Notes: generated by a model from the letters alone, not told the origin. Shown: positions 25,873 to 41,700, counted from the first letter of the stretch. The stretch is DNA of 64,000 nt from Utricularia gibba (GCA_002189035.1 NEEC01000013.1:806001-870000); one strand, 5' to 3'. Numbers and translations are program-made.

Positions 25873-28184
25873 TCAGTAATGGCGACAAACAACGGCAGTG
25901 CATGAAGAATCGGCATCAACAGCCCACAGACCGAGATGTTTCAGTTGCTGCTGTATGCTATGGATGTCTGTTTTGTCAGACCAGGATATGAACTTGCTTT
26001 TCCCAAGGAATGAGGTCATGTTGGTAGCGATGTCTCCTGGCCTGACCATTGTGCCATCAATGCGGCCAACTTTTGTGTTCTGCTCATTCAGTAATTTATC
26101 AACTGCTAACAAAAAGGGGGTGTCATCAGAATCCGGATGTTCTTTTAGAGAGAGAACTTCAGAGGCAACATTATATACAAGTTCATTGGTCCAGATCTTT
26201 GACACAGAAGGTGAGCTCCGCAAGAACAGAAGCCCAGCATACCGGCCTACAGAAAAATCATTTCCATCAAAAAATGAATCGTCACTCAGAGGAAGTAAAT
26301 GCCCATCCAACAACCAGGTCGTATAACCAAGTTCCAGGCTCTTTTTAACAGCAAACACCTTAACTGCATTCTCCTTCATCAGCTCAATACTTGAATCTGA
26401 ATGCTTTTCAGACAAGGAAAGCTGATTAAAATCAAAAAACTGGCTGGCATCGATAACAGGGTGACCCCGTCTAGCAAGATCGAGAAGAAAATTAGAAGCT
26501 GGGCCGATCAGGAGATAGTTTTGAATATTTAGCCTCTCAAAGTGGCACAGCATGTTCCTAACAATTTCCTCTTGTGCTCTGTATATATTCACTAACACAA
26601 TGTAACTATTTTTACCCATAGGTTGAAGCAGAGATTGAAACTCTTTTGAGCTCTTGATGATCCTGTTGTACAGAACCTCTCTAAAACAAAAGTCATACCA
26701 CTTGAGACTGCTTAGAGGAGGCAATTCCAAGAAGTTTGAATCAACGGATGTTTCATCTATCAAAGATGAATCTGGTCCAGCAGTCTTACGATAGTTCGCA
26801 CCAGCATCTCTGTGAGAGATGCTAAAAGCTCTCTTACTACGAAAGTTTGTGTAAAAATTGAAGTAACCCTGAGTGTGGATGAATTTGATAAACCAAGGTG
26901 TCCAAATTTTCTCCCCCATTTTCTTGTACCATCCATTTGTCACCTATGAGAATCGAAGATCCACATAAGATTAGGGCAAAACCATACAAAATGATCACCT
27001 TCAGGATAGGAATTAGTATAACAATAATCACCATTCCATCCAAGAAAGGCTTCAAGCCTTTAGCCTTATGGACATCATACCAAAGGCGAAATTCTTTCCA
27101 TGGTCTAGGAAAGAGGAGCTGGCCCCAAGTTCCAACAAGCTGATACAAGAAAATCCGATCTTCACCATCCAAATTCATTTGGTTGCCATGTTTTCCTGTC
27201 ATCAAACCAAACAGAGCATAAGACCTCATAGCTAAGAATTAGAAGATCATCGTAAATAAGCTGAAAACCATGGAGAACAACAAGATCATCTGGTGCACAA
27301 TCCAAAACAGCTGCATATCTAAGGGGCCAGCCCCAGATCAAGTATTAGAAGCTTCCAACACACACCACCAGCAAGGCTTGTGTTGCAAACGAAGGTTATA
27401 GCAGCATGGAGAGCAACGAGAGTTTACCTGGCACAAATCTGGGCCTTTGCAACGAAGCTCCATAAACAAAAGGACTAAAGTTGGATGAATTGTAGTAATA
27501 GTTCAGAATCATAGCCTTCAGAAACCTGTAACAAGACATTCATTCACGAAAATCACCAACATAGAACAACAAGCTTGTGACGGGTAGTGATCACAAAATG
27601 AAGACGAATTCACAGCGCACTTCCGAAAATCTTATACTTCAATCGTAAAACCCATAAAATAACCTGTAATAGAGAGGTGAAACCTCGAGATCATCCTCAA
27701 CAACAAACGCAAATTCATGATCCGAACTGGGCCACCACGACTCAATCCACTGAGCCTGAAGCCCCGCATTAGAAGTCCGATAATGTACTACCTTCTGTCC
27801 AAAACCCCAAAAGAACCCATCAACAAAATCAAGAATTTCCCTTGAAATCCTCAATCCTTCATCGGTATCCGCAGATGGGGTCTCAGCATCTTTCCGGAAA
27901 TTATCAATGAACACGTGAAGATGAACTCTGTCGCCATTATCGTAATGAGCTCTAGAAAGCGAGTTCAGGCAACGAGCAAGAGAAGAAAGACGATTGTAAG
28001 TGAGGACTTTTATGATAAAATTGAAGCTCCGAGGGGTGTCGGGACCGGAAATTCGGCTAATCTGAGTTTGAAATTGGGATTTGCGACTTGGGGACGAGAT
28101 GGAGAACAGGAATATAAACGAAAAAGAAATGATAATGAAGAGAATCAACGGAAGAAGATATTGCTTTGTGGGCGGGGCTGCCAT
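25873..28184 (-). CDS. Type II membrane glycosyltransferase-like protein (GT-A fold plus C-terminal nucleotide-sugar transferase-like region), 4 exons
   Basis: N-terminal signal anchor, KVLTYNRLSSLARCL, FVVEDDLEVSPLYYR|FLKAMILNYYY, SLQRPRFVPG|KHGN, LYQLVGTWGQ and WTPWFIKF. Introns at ~27526-27663, ~27207-27426 and ~26945-27043. Confidence 0.88.
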
Positions 28185-29749
28185 CCCTTTCTAGTGTCTC
28201 ACCTCTCCGAAGCAGCGGAGATCGGAGCTATGCCTCCGCACTTCGCAATACAAAATACGGAGTTGGCAACATTTGCTAAATTTCAATTGGACCCCTGAAA
28301 TTTCAAAAATAGCATATCATCCCTACATTATTTTTATTAATTTAAATCAAAAGATGATGGATATTTTTATAATGAAAACTAAACGATGGCCACTTTTCTA
28401 ATAAGTAAACGAGATAGTGGCCATTTTTTTCAAAAGACCCTTATTTTTGGCATGTAGCTAAATTTTTTGGGGTAAGCCTGCGCCTGAATAGGATATGGTG
28501 GTGGTTAACAAACCTGCTCCACTTTTTATGGTGGCTGTGGAGATTTTTATGTTGTGGAGTTGTTTGATGCATTATGGTAGTGTATTGCATTACTTTTATT
28601 ATTATTGATTTTTAAATTAATGAATTTATAAATCAATTGTAAACACATATTGTTTGATTTGATATATATATATATATATTAAAATCTTAAAAATTAAGTT
28701 GTTAGAATTGAAATATCTTAAATTATATTTATATTGAATACTATTTTACCTTTTATTATTAAATAATGTTATTTAGGAGTATTTTTTATTTAATAAGAGT
28801 ATATTAACATTTCATGGTTTTAAAATAGCTATTGAAGAGTGGGTGATAATGTGCGGAGGAAGAGAGAATGTAGAAGATAAAATCCCAACATAAATGTAAG
28901 TAATTTTTTTTTTATTTTAAATAGGTATAATAAATATGGTATTTAGTATTTTAGTAATTACAATAATTCAATTGATTTCAAAAGAAAAATAATTACGTTT
29001 TTCCTACATAAATGAGTAATTTATAAGTAAATTAAAAACATATTTTAAAATCACTTATAAATAATAAACGAAATAATTATATATTTATAATTAATTAAAA
29101 TAACTTATAAACAATACATAACACCCTCTATGAAATTATTTTACTGATATCAATGAAAGAGATGTCTGAACATGATTTAATATTAAATTGAAAAAATATC
29201 TAACTTTTGATCTAATTTTATAAATACCTAAACTAATATATTTTTATTTATAATTTACTCTATGTTTAAAAACTACTTTTACCCTTTCAGTTGTACTTCG
29301 TTATTTAATTTTGTGTATTATTTCTATATGATAGTTTATAATAAACATACAATTATTGATTACATAATTATTTTTATTAATAAATTACTTTTATTTAAAT
29401 TTATATTTACTTTACTGTGTCAGAATGGATAAATACAAATAAGCATTTTTTTCAATTTTTTGAGAATATCATCAGATTCTCAATATTCGAGTAACATAAC
29501 ATTTAACAACAAAAATGTCAATCTGCCCTACAATCTTTGAACCTCCAACCATACACGAACAATTTAAACTGCTCACTCTTTCAATATATATCGTGTGGGA
29601 AATTACACTTTTATATAGGATGAAGAAATGAAATCTGAATATATACCCATAGCTACATGAAAAATATTGTAACATGAAAAATTTTAACGTATATAATACG
29701 AGTAGAGGAAGCACAAAAATGAACTTGAAGAAGACGGTGGACATCACTC

Positions 29750-30330
29750 ATTGTAGCATGCCTAAGCACACATATAAATTCACAAAACAGCAATCCCCCA
29801 ACTAGTGGCCATCCAGTGAACTTGATCTACCATCCAATAAAGAACGTTCAACTTGCTACGGTTACTACTGGCATCTTGGTAAAAAATTCTATGACAAACT
29901 AACAATACAAGAGCACGAGCAAAACATACAACTTCCACCTTCGGAGTTTCTACTATAATAACAACATATGTATCATGGTTGTATATTTGAAGGCCAATCA
30001 TAATGAATTATGAATCACCAACAATAAAGTGCTACTCAGGCTCCCATCCAAAATTGTTCGATGCATAGCTCATATCATTGTTGTGCTGTGCATTTTGTAG
30101 ATATACGAACTATCAATATACCATCAATATGAAGATTCTACAGCTTAGAAACATCTTGGAGTATGATGGTGGCCTCTCTGCATGGTTGGAAGAAATTGTA
30201 CGTCTCTAGACTCCATCTCTCCACTAGAACTGTGAGTAGATTCGTGTGTGGTTCCATTCGTAATATAGTTAGAACCTCATAAAAATCTCAATGATCAATA
30301 TATCTCGCAATCCTTTCCTCACAGTATCTA
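29750..30330 (-). pseudogene. Plant Mobile Domain (PMD, MAIN/MAIL-like) remnant 1
   Basis: LLTVLVERWSLETYNFFQPCREATIILQDVSKL*NLHIDG and downstream SWG.AVL match PMD hallmark motifs (VERWRPETHTFH..GEATITLQDV). Confidence 0.85.
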
Positions 30331-32064
30331 CCTACCAAGAAGCTGAAACTATGTTTGAACTACAGTATATTAAGATTTAATGCATATAATATATCATAAA
30401 TAATGTGCACTTGTTACATATTCAACAAGCTCAAATCCTTAGGACTATAAATTTTTAGACGAGAATACTTGTTGATCTATAGAAAAAATATAAATAAATT
30501 AATAAGTAACATATATTAAACAACAAATAATATAATAAATTAATAAATAAAATATATTAATGAAGACCAAAAAATAATGAAAATATATAATTAATAAAAA
30601 AATCTCATATAGATTTATACAAAAGTTAAAAATAAATTAATAAGTATTATATATTAAACAAGAAAAAAAAATATAGAAATTGATTAATAAAATAATTAAT
30701 CAAATAATAAAAATGATTGAAGAATTAAATTGATATTACATTAGTAATGGCAACTTAACTATAAAGGTCTTTAGTAATAATACTAAAAATAGTACAAAAA
30801 ATTTTAATAATTAAAAATAGAATTATAAAATAAAAAAAATGACATTATCCAAATTTTGCTTCAAATTTGACTCTATTTAATGCTGAATATGAATGAAATT
30901 TTTTTTGGAAATAAAACATATATATAGAAGAGGAGGCATGATAGAAATGAATGATGATATATCTATTTAATATACAATCAAAAGGATGATAGTTATCATT
31001 ATTCATGATATATAAAATTAATAATATATAATTATTTTGGATCAATATTATATAATTGACTTTTTCAGAATATTTCACATAAAATAAAATTATCATCATT
31101 GGAAATTGGTTTTGGTTTTGGAAAACATAAAAATTACAAGATAAAATGGGTTGAATGCCATCTATAAATACTCATTAATCATTCTCAAATATCATTTGAG
31201 AAAGTAAGAGAAATCTAGTTTTATTTGAGGAGAAACGAGGTTAGTAATTTTTTTATTTTTAAAATATTTTATTTGAATTTTTAATTATATTAATTTGCGT
31301 GTTGATAATATATATTTGAGATTTTTTGGATATATTTTTTTGACAAATTTGGTTAAATAATTCACTAGATATATTTAATTTGATTTTTTGAAATATATTT
31401 TTGTGTTTATTTTTGATAATATATTTATTTCAAAATGTAACTTTTTAAATTTGATTTGGATTAGATAATTAATTAAATATTTTTATGTTTAATATATATT
31501 TTTAAATATTTTCAAATTTAGTTATGTGTATTTTGAGTGTTAAATTTGATTAAGTATATTGGTTTTTGATATTACTGTATATCTTTTTAAAAAGTGATAA
31601 AATTAATATTTTTTATTAAATTTAAATGTTAAAAACCTTTGGAATGAAAACTTATTAATGAGTATAAGTAATTACATTTTTTTTAATTTTATTATTGTGT
31701 TGTTTATATAATGGAATTTCAATATGATGTTCTAATTCATTTTTGTATCATAAATTTGTTCATTTATGTTTCGTATTTAACGTAATTTTTAGACATTATA
31801 TTTATATAATATATGTTATTTTTGTTTTTCAATTTCACTTATATATGTGTTTTTTATTATATATTTGGATTGTTTGTCTAATTTACTTTATTATTGTTTC
31901 AAATTTTTGGATTCTCAAAATGTATCATTGGATTCTAACTTATTGCATCTACAAAGTTATCATATTTCTAGTTGTTTTTTAAATCGTAAAAAATTGAACA
32001 ATTTATTTATATTTAAACATTATGATCGTATTTTATGTGATTGAAAAATCTTCTCTCTAGTTGT

Positions 32065-33130
32065 CAAAGTTATAATAACTCTATAAAATGTGTTTGTTAT
32101 TTGAAGTTTTTTCAATGATTGTTCTTCCCATTTATAACAAAAGAACATCTAGAAATCAGAATAAGTGGTTTGAATTTCTTGAAAATAAGTTTAGAGAACA
32201 CAACAAAACTCTTATTTTCAAAATTTAAAGATAGAAGTTTAGGAAAAAAATTGGTTCCAATTTAGAGCATCTTGATATAATGCGGTAGTTCTTCAATTTT
32301 TTGTATGGTTTTATGTTATCACTAATTCTACTGATTGTAGGTATGCCTTATATCATTATTTTGATCGTATGTTGTGTTTTTTTCCCAAATATGAAAAGGG
32401 GTGAAGTTCGTCTCGACTATATGGATTTATTTACTAACGATGAAGAAACTAAGCAACTTAGTTAGGGTTCAACTATTTTGGCTTATATTTATTGTATGTT
32501 AACCGAAAGTTCTCTCTAAGCATATTTATAAAATAATACATCTTCACTTTCTCTCTCACTCACTAAGTACAAAAAATGCACATAGGGTGGTTAATTTTTT
32601 CATACACTAATTTGATAGTGGGTACTTTTAAAAATAACTTGATCTATCTGTGGATGTTGGATTTTAAGTGTACTTATACTACTTTTATAGGTATGATAAT
32701 GAAATTTTCATACATATTTTTTTAATCTTCAAACTATAAAGATTATTTTTTAGATATGAGCTTTGAGTCGAATCTGAACTTTATCACCTACTTTGCAAGT
32801 GCTGATTCTTGGTATATCATATAATTTAGAATATTATATGATTTACGATTAGGGGTAAATTATTTATGAATGTTTTAAACATAAATATATTTTTTGTTAT
32901 AATTTTTTTTAAATGAAAGTAAATCATATATATGAAAAGTATGACTGTAGGTGATAATCAATAATTATACTCTATACCTTATTGGACATGATAATATGAA
33001 AATCAAACTAAATAACTTTTTAATGTACATTTTTTCCTTTTTTTATTTTACAATTAATTTAGCACCCATATTTCAATGAAGATTTTCAGGTTGTTGAAGA
33101 AGATTGCCGTAAAATTTGGACATATTGTGA
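32065..33130 (+). pseudogene. PMD remnant 2, paralog of the 56800-58290 copy
   Basis: YNKRTSRNQNKWFEFLENKF, CVFFPNMK, GSTILAYIY and gttgaagaagattgccgtaaaatttggacatattgtg align exon by exon to the 57-58 kb copy. Confidence 0.8.
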
Positions 33131-36100
33131 ATCATTGATCTTTTTTAGAATTTTTGAATAACACAAGTTAGTTACTTGCAATTGTAGTTACTTTGACTAT
33201 GATGAGGTAGTTACTTGCAATTGTATCCCACCAAATTCAAAACTGACTATTTGGTAAATCATACTGGCCATTTGATGCATGCAGAATCTATCCTGGAGAA
33301 TCTTACCTAATTAGTCATTCAAATAATCCTTCAATTTTATCATATCCATCACATGATTACTTTTATGTTTCATAATTTACTAATAATCCAATGTCGCCAT
33401 ATCTAACTCATGAGAGTTTTGGTTCATAATTTACCCCTAAACAATAGAGTGCGCCTTATGAATTTCAAACACCATCATGTGTTGGTGGCATTAATATGAG
33501 GTTTTCTTTAATAGCGGCTAGGTCTTTTCCATCATTATATGACAATTTTACCACTAGTTGTACTAGTCTAATCTGATTGCACCTTCGTCTAGCATTGATA
33601 TTAGACAAAATAGATATAATAAAGAAGGGACGAAAAAAAACAAAAACTTAATTTCTAGAATTTGTACATTCTTTTATCTTTAATGTTTGACAATATATTG
33701 TTATTAGTACATACAATTGCATAGTTTTGGAAGAATTGATTTTGTACAAAGTTGAAATTTCATAAAATCAAGGGGATTTGATGCTTTGGAGCTAATACAT
33801 AGAGGATCGGTTTGACGCTGATTGATCGTTTCCAATGAGAAAGGTAAGTGGGATGATAAGTTCTAAGCGAATATTGTGTTTATTTCTATGTTTGTGTGCT
33901 TTGAACATTTGTTGTCTGTTCATGCATTTTTCTGTTATAATTGGGTGTAAATCTAAAGTTGATTTTTATAGCTTATTGTATTAGTTTACATATTTGAAAA
34001 GAATTTTCAAAGTCTAATTTTAAAAATTTATAATTTAATGTTGGATAATTGGATTACATGATTCTTAATTCTTTAAATAGATTTACTTTTTAGCTTTCAA
34101 ATGAATTTTTCATGATTTTTGACTAAATTTAAGGCTTACAAAATATAGCTATTTTAAATGACTATAAAAATGTTTTTAATGCATATTATACATAAAATGT
34201 GTGATGTGAATTAGAAAAATAAAAAGAGTTGTGAAATTATGGTTTGGTTCATAATATAAAAGTATTTAATATATTAAATAATAAAAATTTATTAAAAGTT
34301 AATATATATTTATTCAATAATTGTTTAAAATCAAAACCAAAAACACTAGTATAAAAATAATACATTAGTCATCCATTTCATTTGAAATTCTAATACTACG
34401 ATGACGACCTCTTCCCTTATGACACTTATTATGATTTAAACATACTTTATCTTAGTTCATATATCTTGTTGACCTAAATTTTGTAATAGTTTATAAGCAT
34501 ACTACATCTGCAACAAATTCAAAGTCAATTCACGAATAACCATTTGGTTTAAATGAAAGTAAACACATTTTTCTACATTTTAGAGAAACAATGTAAATAG
34601 AACCAACAAGACGATCAAGATCCCAATAGTATATCTAAAGTTGTCCCGTGTTTGGTTATTGTTTCTAAAACCATGTATTTTTTTTGTCTGTGAAAATATG
34701 TATTAGTAATAAATGCATTAAATATGAATCATTTATAAATATCAATACAAAATAATTTGAAATAATATACTTTGGTATGATTGAAATAAGAGATCTATTG
34801 AAGTCTTGTAATAAACATTATTTATGTTCAATAGAAAATAGTATCTACGATTCTACAAATTTGATATCTTTGTATTTTTTTAAAAACTCCATTCATGCAT
34901 TCAACTTGATTTGTAATCAAATATCAGTGATGTTTGTCATTGTCAAATGCAAGTGTCTATTTGTTGGTATTTGATAAGTATTAGGAAGATAATGAAGAGT
35001 ATTTAAAGAATCATGAGGACGTTGTTCAAGTTAACATATTAGAAATTATGATCATTCCACCAGGACTAATTATAAAAATCAATACCATTGGAATTAATAT
35101 TGGGTCTGAAGTATTACCATTAAAAGAGTTCAACTATTGGAATCTAAATCTATCTTATAGTCCAAAACATCTTCTCATCTTTCATGTTTATTATTGGACT
35201 TATTAGGCTTTTTTTTTTTTTATTTTGTTGAACTTTGTAATATTAGAACTCAATTTTAGAGTACAAATACTCTAGAGATGTACTCTTTGAAAAACTTTTT
35301 AATTCATTTCATTTATTTTGTGAGGATTTTCCTCTTCTTTGAGTGCTTAAACACTCTTGACTTATCAAACCTTGAGCTTAAAGTGTTCTAAGATTATGAC
35401 TTCCAATTCCTTCTCCTTCTAAAGTATGGCTCTAAATTTTTTTTCTTTCAAAATCTGATTGCAATAGATTCATTTTCTTGAGAGTAGATTTGGGTGGGTT
35501 CTTTTCTAAGCTTCAAAATCACCTTTTGTTCGTGGATTGTTAAACTCTTTAGATTAGAGGATCACATCAATATTATTCATAACCTCAGGACGATTTAATT
35601 ATGGCACTACCACATGATAAGTAAAAATTTCTTTCATATATTATTGAAATTTACCTTATTTGGTATAGCACCAGTTGCATATAAATATTTTTTAATTCCT
35701 TATTTTTTACAAACTTGTAAAGATTGGAAACAAAATGTCGAAGGCATCAATAATGAATATACCTACCATTTATAAATGCATGCAAAGAACTAACAACAAG
35801 CAATATACCAATATGACGATTTGAGATGATTATACATGTCTATCATTGAATAATTAAAACATTTAATTTCTTAATGAACCATGAATATAATTTTAAATTT
35901 TCATCATTCACAATAGCACATGCTACAATATTATATATCCATCAGAATTGTGACAAATATTAATTAATAATTTATAAATAAGATATCATAAAATATATAA
36001 ATAAAAATTCTAAAATTAAAAAGATTATTTTACATAAAGATGTGTTACATTAATGAAAAGCACTAGAACACATAATTGATAATCATCAAGATAAGGCTTG

Positions 36101-38743
36101 AAAGCTCAAAATATATATCGAAATATTTTATGATTAGATTGTGTATCATGAATAGCCCACTCTACAATTGTAATGAGATTTATCACTTGAATCGCCAGCA
36201 TATATATGGCAATTTTTTTATTGAATATTTTCAAGACTCATGAATAAGTTAAAATGCATGTTGCACGACAAAACATGTTTTATCATAATTAATGATATAA
36301 TAATATCTGACTTGTATCTCAACTATTACTTTATCTATGATCAATTTTAATATAAGTAAATAGCTTTAAAATTTTAATTTATATCAATAAAAAATAAAAA
36401 TATATTATCAAATGCTATAAAAATATTATGTTGCATATTTCACATGTAATCTATTAAATCTCATCTAATAAATGTCATTGAAATGTTTCTATGTATGTTG
36501 CCCGCTATTTCACTTTCACAAGAATGCGACTAAAAAATTTTGAATTGTCAAATCCCGTCTCTCTTCGATTCGTATAAATGAATATGAAAGTCACATTATG
36601 TTACTAGAATAGAATAACACAAATGCTTTGATTTAATTTCGCTCACATAGAATTAAAAATACTTCCTAATGTGTCAAATGTGAACACAAAAATAAACTTC
36701 TTCTTTGGATATATATTTCAATCCAACTTTTAAGACGAGATTATCAAGATTATAGCTCATATAAACACATCTGATTGCAAATTCTTTTGCAACTATCTGT
36801 TCTCCACTCTAAAATAAAACAACCAATCTTTCAGATTATCTATTCTAAATTGATATTTCAAACTTGCTACATGCAAAATAAGAACTCATGGCAATTGAGC
36901 AGTGATATTCAGCTTTTCTTAAACCCATATTTATTTGTGTTTTTTGTTGGCATAGGCTTAGATTCCGATTCGAAAGTTGAAGAATCAAACTTGTATACTG
37001 TCACATTACTGGATGCCATCATGATATCAAATGAAATGAGTGAATTAATTAGGATAAGAATGCATTGTTTCATTTATAATTCTTTTGTAGAATTATTTAT
37101 TTACCTTCATATTCACGAGATGTATTTAAAAATTAAAATTGAAAATTCATGTGGGTATTTACTTTCGTTTCCATAAAATATAATTTTCTAGAAGGAAAGA
37201 GTGATCTTTTCTATTTGTGTCGTTTTCTTGGTAGTTATTTGGAAATAAAGTAAAAAAAGACCGTAAACTCGATTTAGGGTAAATATCTTTATATTCATTG
37301 TGATAAATAATGAATTTTTATCGAAATTAATTAGTAACTCTTATTTTAAAATGAATCACATAAAATCTCAATGTTTATTTTCTTAATTTGATAATCAATT
37401 TATTATTTAGTATCGATTATACATAATATATAATTAATGATTTAATTATCTTTCTAAAAAGATTTTTTTATATGATTTTGAAAAATATGAAAAATTAAAA
37501 AATACTTATTATTTTTTATTTTAAAATTAAATTTTTCCATGACTTATTTAATGATAATAGTATAAAATTATTTATGACTAACATTATTGAAGCATATTAT
37601 TTTATCTTAAATGAATAATATTTACATTCATATAATATGAAATATATGATTTTGTCTTAAATTTTATCTTGTATAGAATTAAAATATGAAATTCATAATT
37701 TTATAAAAAGAAATCTCGATATTTATTAAATAAAAATTTACAGTGACCACATGTGACTACTTATTTTACAAAAAAACTTGTTTTTTTTTCGTTTCTATGT
37801 ATTGCACAGAAAAATGACAAATAAATCATGAATTTTGGAGTTAACACAAATGAAATTTCTAGTTTAATGATATATTTTTTTTAATAGAACAATTCAGTAT
37901 TTGAAGATATTATTTAATATGAATTTGTCTTAAAAATTTTTGATATTTTGATTTTTAATGAACTTGTGAAGTAATAGGAGTTCCACAAACCACTATGATT
38001 TATGTTATGTGGTAATAGGTTTTAGGGTTTTAGGGAAACCCTAAATACTATAATTTGTGAAAGGATATGATGTCAACTAAGCACTACAATTCACGTTCTT
38101 TGATGTTTAATTAAACTTATGAAACAACATGAAAAATTAAATTGTAATAATTGATTTTAATTAACTAAAATGATATATTAGTAATTTTACACAAAAATTT
38201 ATTAAAATCATACTTTTATACTCAGATAACAAGCATATTTTGATTTTAACTTCAAATAAATTATAACTATCAATCAAATATGAATTAAATTTTAAACACT
38301 CAAAATATATTAAATTAAATTCAAATAAACTAAGCTCAATTTAACATTATACACACCAACCAAAGGCATCTAGATTCTAGAATGATTTATGTACATCAGA
38401 GTGTACTTTTGCAGTTTAACACTTGGCCGCAGATTAACCAATAAGAATCATTCAGGCATAGCCTTATTGTTACACTAAAACGAATGTTCCACATTACTCA
38501 GGTTGGATTAGAAACAACTTGGACGCCAAAACATGCAACCAACGCCACACAAAGGTTCTAAAATTAAGCTTAATCCTCTACAGTCTCCCCTCATTGGATT
38601 TCATGCTATCTAACAAAAGAACGCACAGCCACCAAGTAGAGTTTGCGATATAGCGAGCATACACACGCCTCTGGCAACAAGGTTTACCTCATCTACAGAC
38701 TTATAACACACCTGGGATAAGCTCAGCTGCTTCTAGTTGATCC

Positions 38744-41700
38744 TCACATATCTTGCCTTGTCCAAACAACATCCTTTATGCTCCTGGACAGGCTCTTGCA
38801 GAACTATACATCGAAAAAAAGTAGCTATGTTGTCGAACTCAAAAAGCCTATGTGAAGATGATGCTGAAGCTTGGAAATACTTTCAGTAAGTTGCATTACC
38901 TTGTTGAATTCTAAAGTGTCGCCCTTGGCTTTCTTCATCTCTACCATATGCAAACATGGGGCAACTTGAAAAACCTGATATGTGAAAGGAAATGTTTTTT
39001 TAAGGATGATAGGACAAGCCGATCAAGATTATTTCACTGAATTACCTCTGTGGCGACTTTAAGGTTTCCTTTTCTCCCTGCTTTTGAGTTTTCGAGCCTC
39101 ATCTGGGAAGAAAGTCATCAGAATTTTATGGAGAGAGATGCGATGGATTGAGCATCAATACTATACCTTGTAGTTTTTCTTTTGAACATCAAAACCAAGA
39201 GGTTTCGCAGCTTGTTCAATCTTTTCAAGAATCTCAGGAGCTGATGATTTTGATGTGAATCTTGTTTCCTTCTTGTATCCCTATCACCATGTATGAGGAT
39301 GCAGTGAGTGATCATAAACAAGGAATAGTTTGTTTCAAGTAAAATTTGAAAGAATAAAAAGAGCTCAAACCTGCTCTGGATCAAAGAGGTTCTCGAGGTT
39401 GAGACCATGAGACATGGAAATCAAGTCAAATGCATTCATAGTAACAGGCTCCTCCATCTGCACTTCTTTTTTCTCTGTCACATGATGCTCCTGTATCGGA
39501 TGTTCTTGGATAAGTATTCATGCGACTAAAGGTTTTGATATGGGGTGTCAACATTTAGATTTTTCCAAAAAAAGTACAACGTGCCTCGGAGTTGCTGAAC
39601 ACAGCTTCAACATCATCCAAGCATGTCTCCTCCTTCTCATTGAAAACCGGTGGCTTGTAACCCTTCTTGAACCATGGGTCTTCCAGGATCCCAACTACCG
39701 TAATCCGCTGCAAAACCGTAAAATTTCTGGGATATCAGATACAGCAATTCAGCAAGAAATAAAAAAAATGCAGCTACTAGAGCACTTTGCTCGGTGTCCC
39801 TTTTCATCAGTTTCTATTCTCGAAATTTTAGTATGCATTTGTTACAGCTTCTCAACAGAGACAGGATCGGCCAAATTTTCAGAGTGAGGTACTAAACACC
39901 CGAAAGCTAATTTTGGAAAAACAGGAGCATTCTCAACATCTTGCCTCAAAAAAGAAGGAATGAAAAAAAGAACTTATTCATACTTTCTCCGGGTTCGGCT
40001 CCAAGATTTGTGCTATCAACTTAGCAGCACCAAAGGAAAGCCAAGGAGGACACGTGAAATTAGCGCAAGATATCTGATAGGATTAAAAAGATATGCTCAA
40101 GCACTCATCTGGTAAAAAGATAACCACCATTTTAAAGTTCATAGAAAGCTTACTCTCTTATAAAGGTTGATAACATTGGAGTCATCAAAAGGCAAGTAAC
40201 CTGCAAGAAGTACAAAGAGTATCACTCCACACGACCACAAATCTGCAGCTGCTCCATCATATCCTTTATCATTAAGAACCTGTAGTGATAGATTATATCG
40301 TGACAAGGTCAAATTGAACAAGTAAAGAAGGATGACTATTTCAGTTTCACACCTCAGGTGCAACATAGTTTGGAGTCCCACAGGCAGTGTGCAGCAGTCC
40401 ATCATCCTGCAAAATTCATTGCATTAACAAAATATTCGATTTTTTTGGAAATGATTTGAGTTGAAGAAGTTACTTGACTTACCCTGACTTGCTGAAAAAG
40501 AGCACTTAACCCAAAATCGGAGATTTTGAGGTTTCCAGCAGCATCCATCAACAAATTCTCAAGCTGAATTAAATTTCATAAGCTCTTCTTTAGCACATGA
40601 AATGAAAATTGTATCCAGAATATGAAGATGCAACTAATGAGACCACGGATTCAAATCTCTGGAAGCGGATGAGGAGTATTAAAGCTAAAAATTGTAGTGT
40701 AGTGCAGAATGTGGTGCAGAGTGGCATTACCAAATGTATCACGGATTTTGCACAAGTTTTACCTTTAAATCCCTGTGAAACACCCCCCTGCTATGGCAGT
40801 AATCAACTGCATTTATCAGATGCTGAAAGTACTTCCTTGCTTCATCTTCTCCCATTCTTCCATGATTCACCTGTGGAAGATAAACCCAACACCACCAACA
40901 TACGATCAATACAAAATGAATAGTTACATAATTAAACACGCAAAACACGTGCTTCACATGTATTGTAATGCATCATTCTTCCTGCCGGTTCATCCTGGCA
41001 TCCTACAATGCCAAGGTGTTATGTTGATCGGCACAGCAGAGATAGATAAACACATATTATCCATTTAATATTTGTATTCATTGTGGATACTACTGCTATG
41101 CAGGTTTCCATCAATTTTAGTACCATCTCTACTGTCCCAGAGTAACATTGTCTACTTGTTTCACCCTGAATGAATTTATATCATATCTCTATAATGATGT
41201 AAAGGAGTAAGCTTTTATGCGGCTTATATGCATAAACATGGACCACAAGCTTCTAATACTCAAGTATGAAGATACAATAAAGGAAGATATCCCCTGATCT
41301 TACGATTTTGTTGAAGAGCTCTCCTCCACTAGCAAATTCTAAAACGATGAATATCTTTGTCTTGCTTGCCATCACCTGAAGCAAACGTAAAAGAAATAAT
41401 GCGAATTCATTGGTTGCTGTCCCTCTTAAAACCGCAGAAACGAAAAGAGTAAATTGTAAGGAAAAAAGAACCTCATATATTCGAACAACATTGGGGTGGT
41501 TTATCAACTTCATAGTTGTTATTTCCCTTCTGATCTGCAAATCAAGCGTGACAAAAAATAAAACATGAAATTTGCAGAGAGATAGCAGCCTCACTGCTAA
41601 GACTAGCAATCAAACCTGCTCAGCCATTTTATGTTTGAGGACCATCTCTTTATCCAGAATCTTGAGAGCCACCGGTTCCCCCGTTTCACAGTTTCTTGCA

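Noticed and set aside
25125-26348. Plus-strand ORFs of 60-142 aa
   Set aside because: Antisense shadows of the p14 and glycosyltransferase CDSs.
40540-40565. CIPK catalytic loop HRDLKLEN instead of KPEN as an inactivating change
   Set aside because: KLEN occurs in other plant CIPKs as I recall, and the remaining catalytic motifs are intact.
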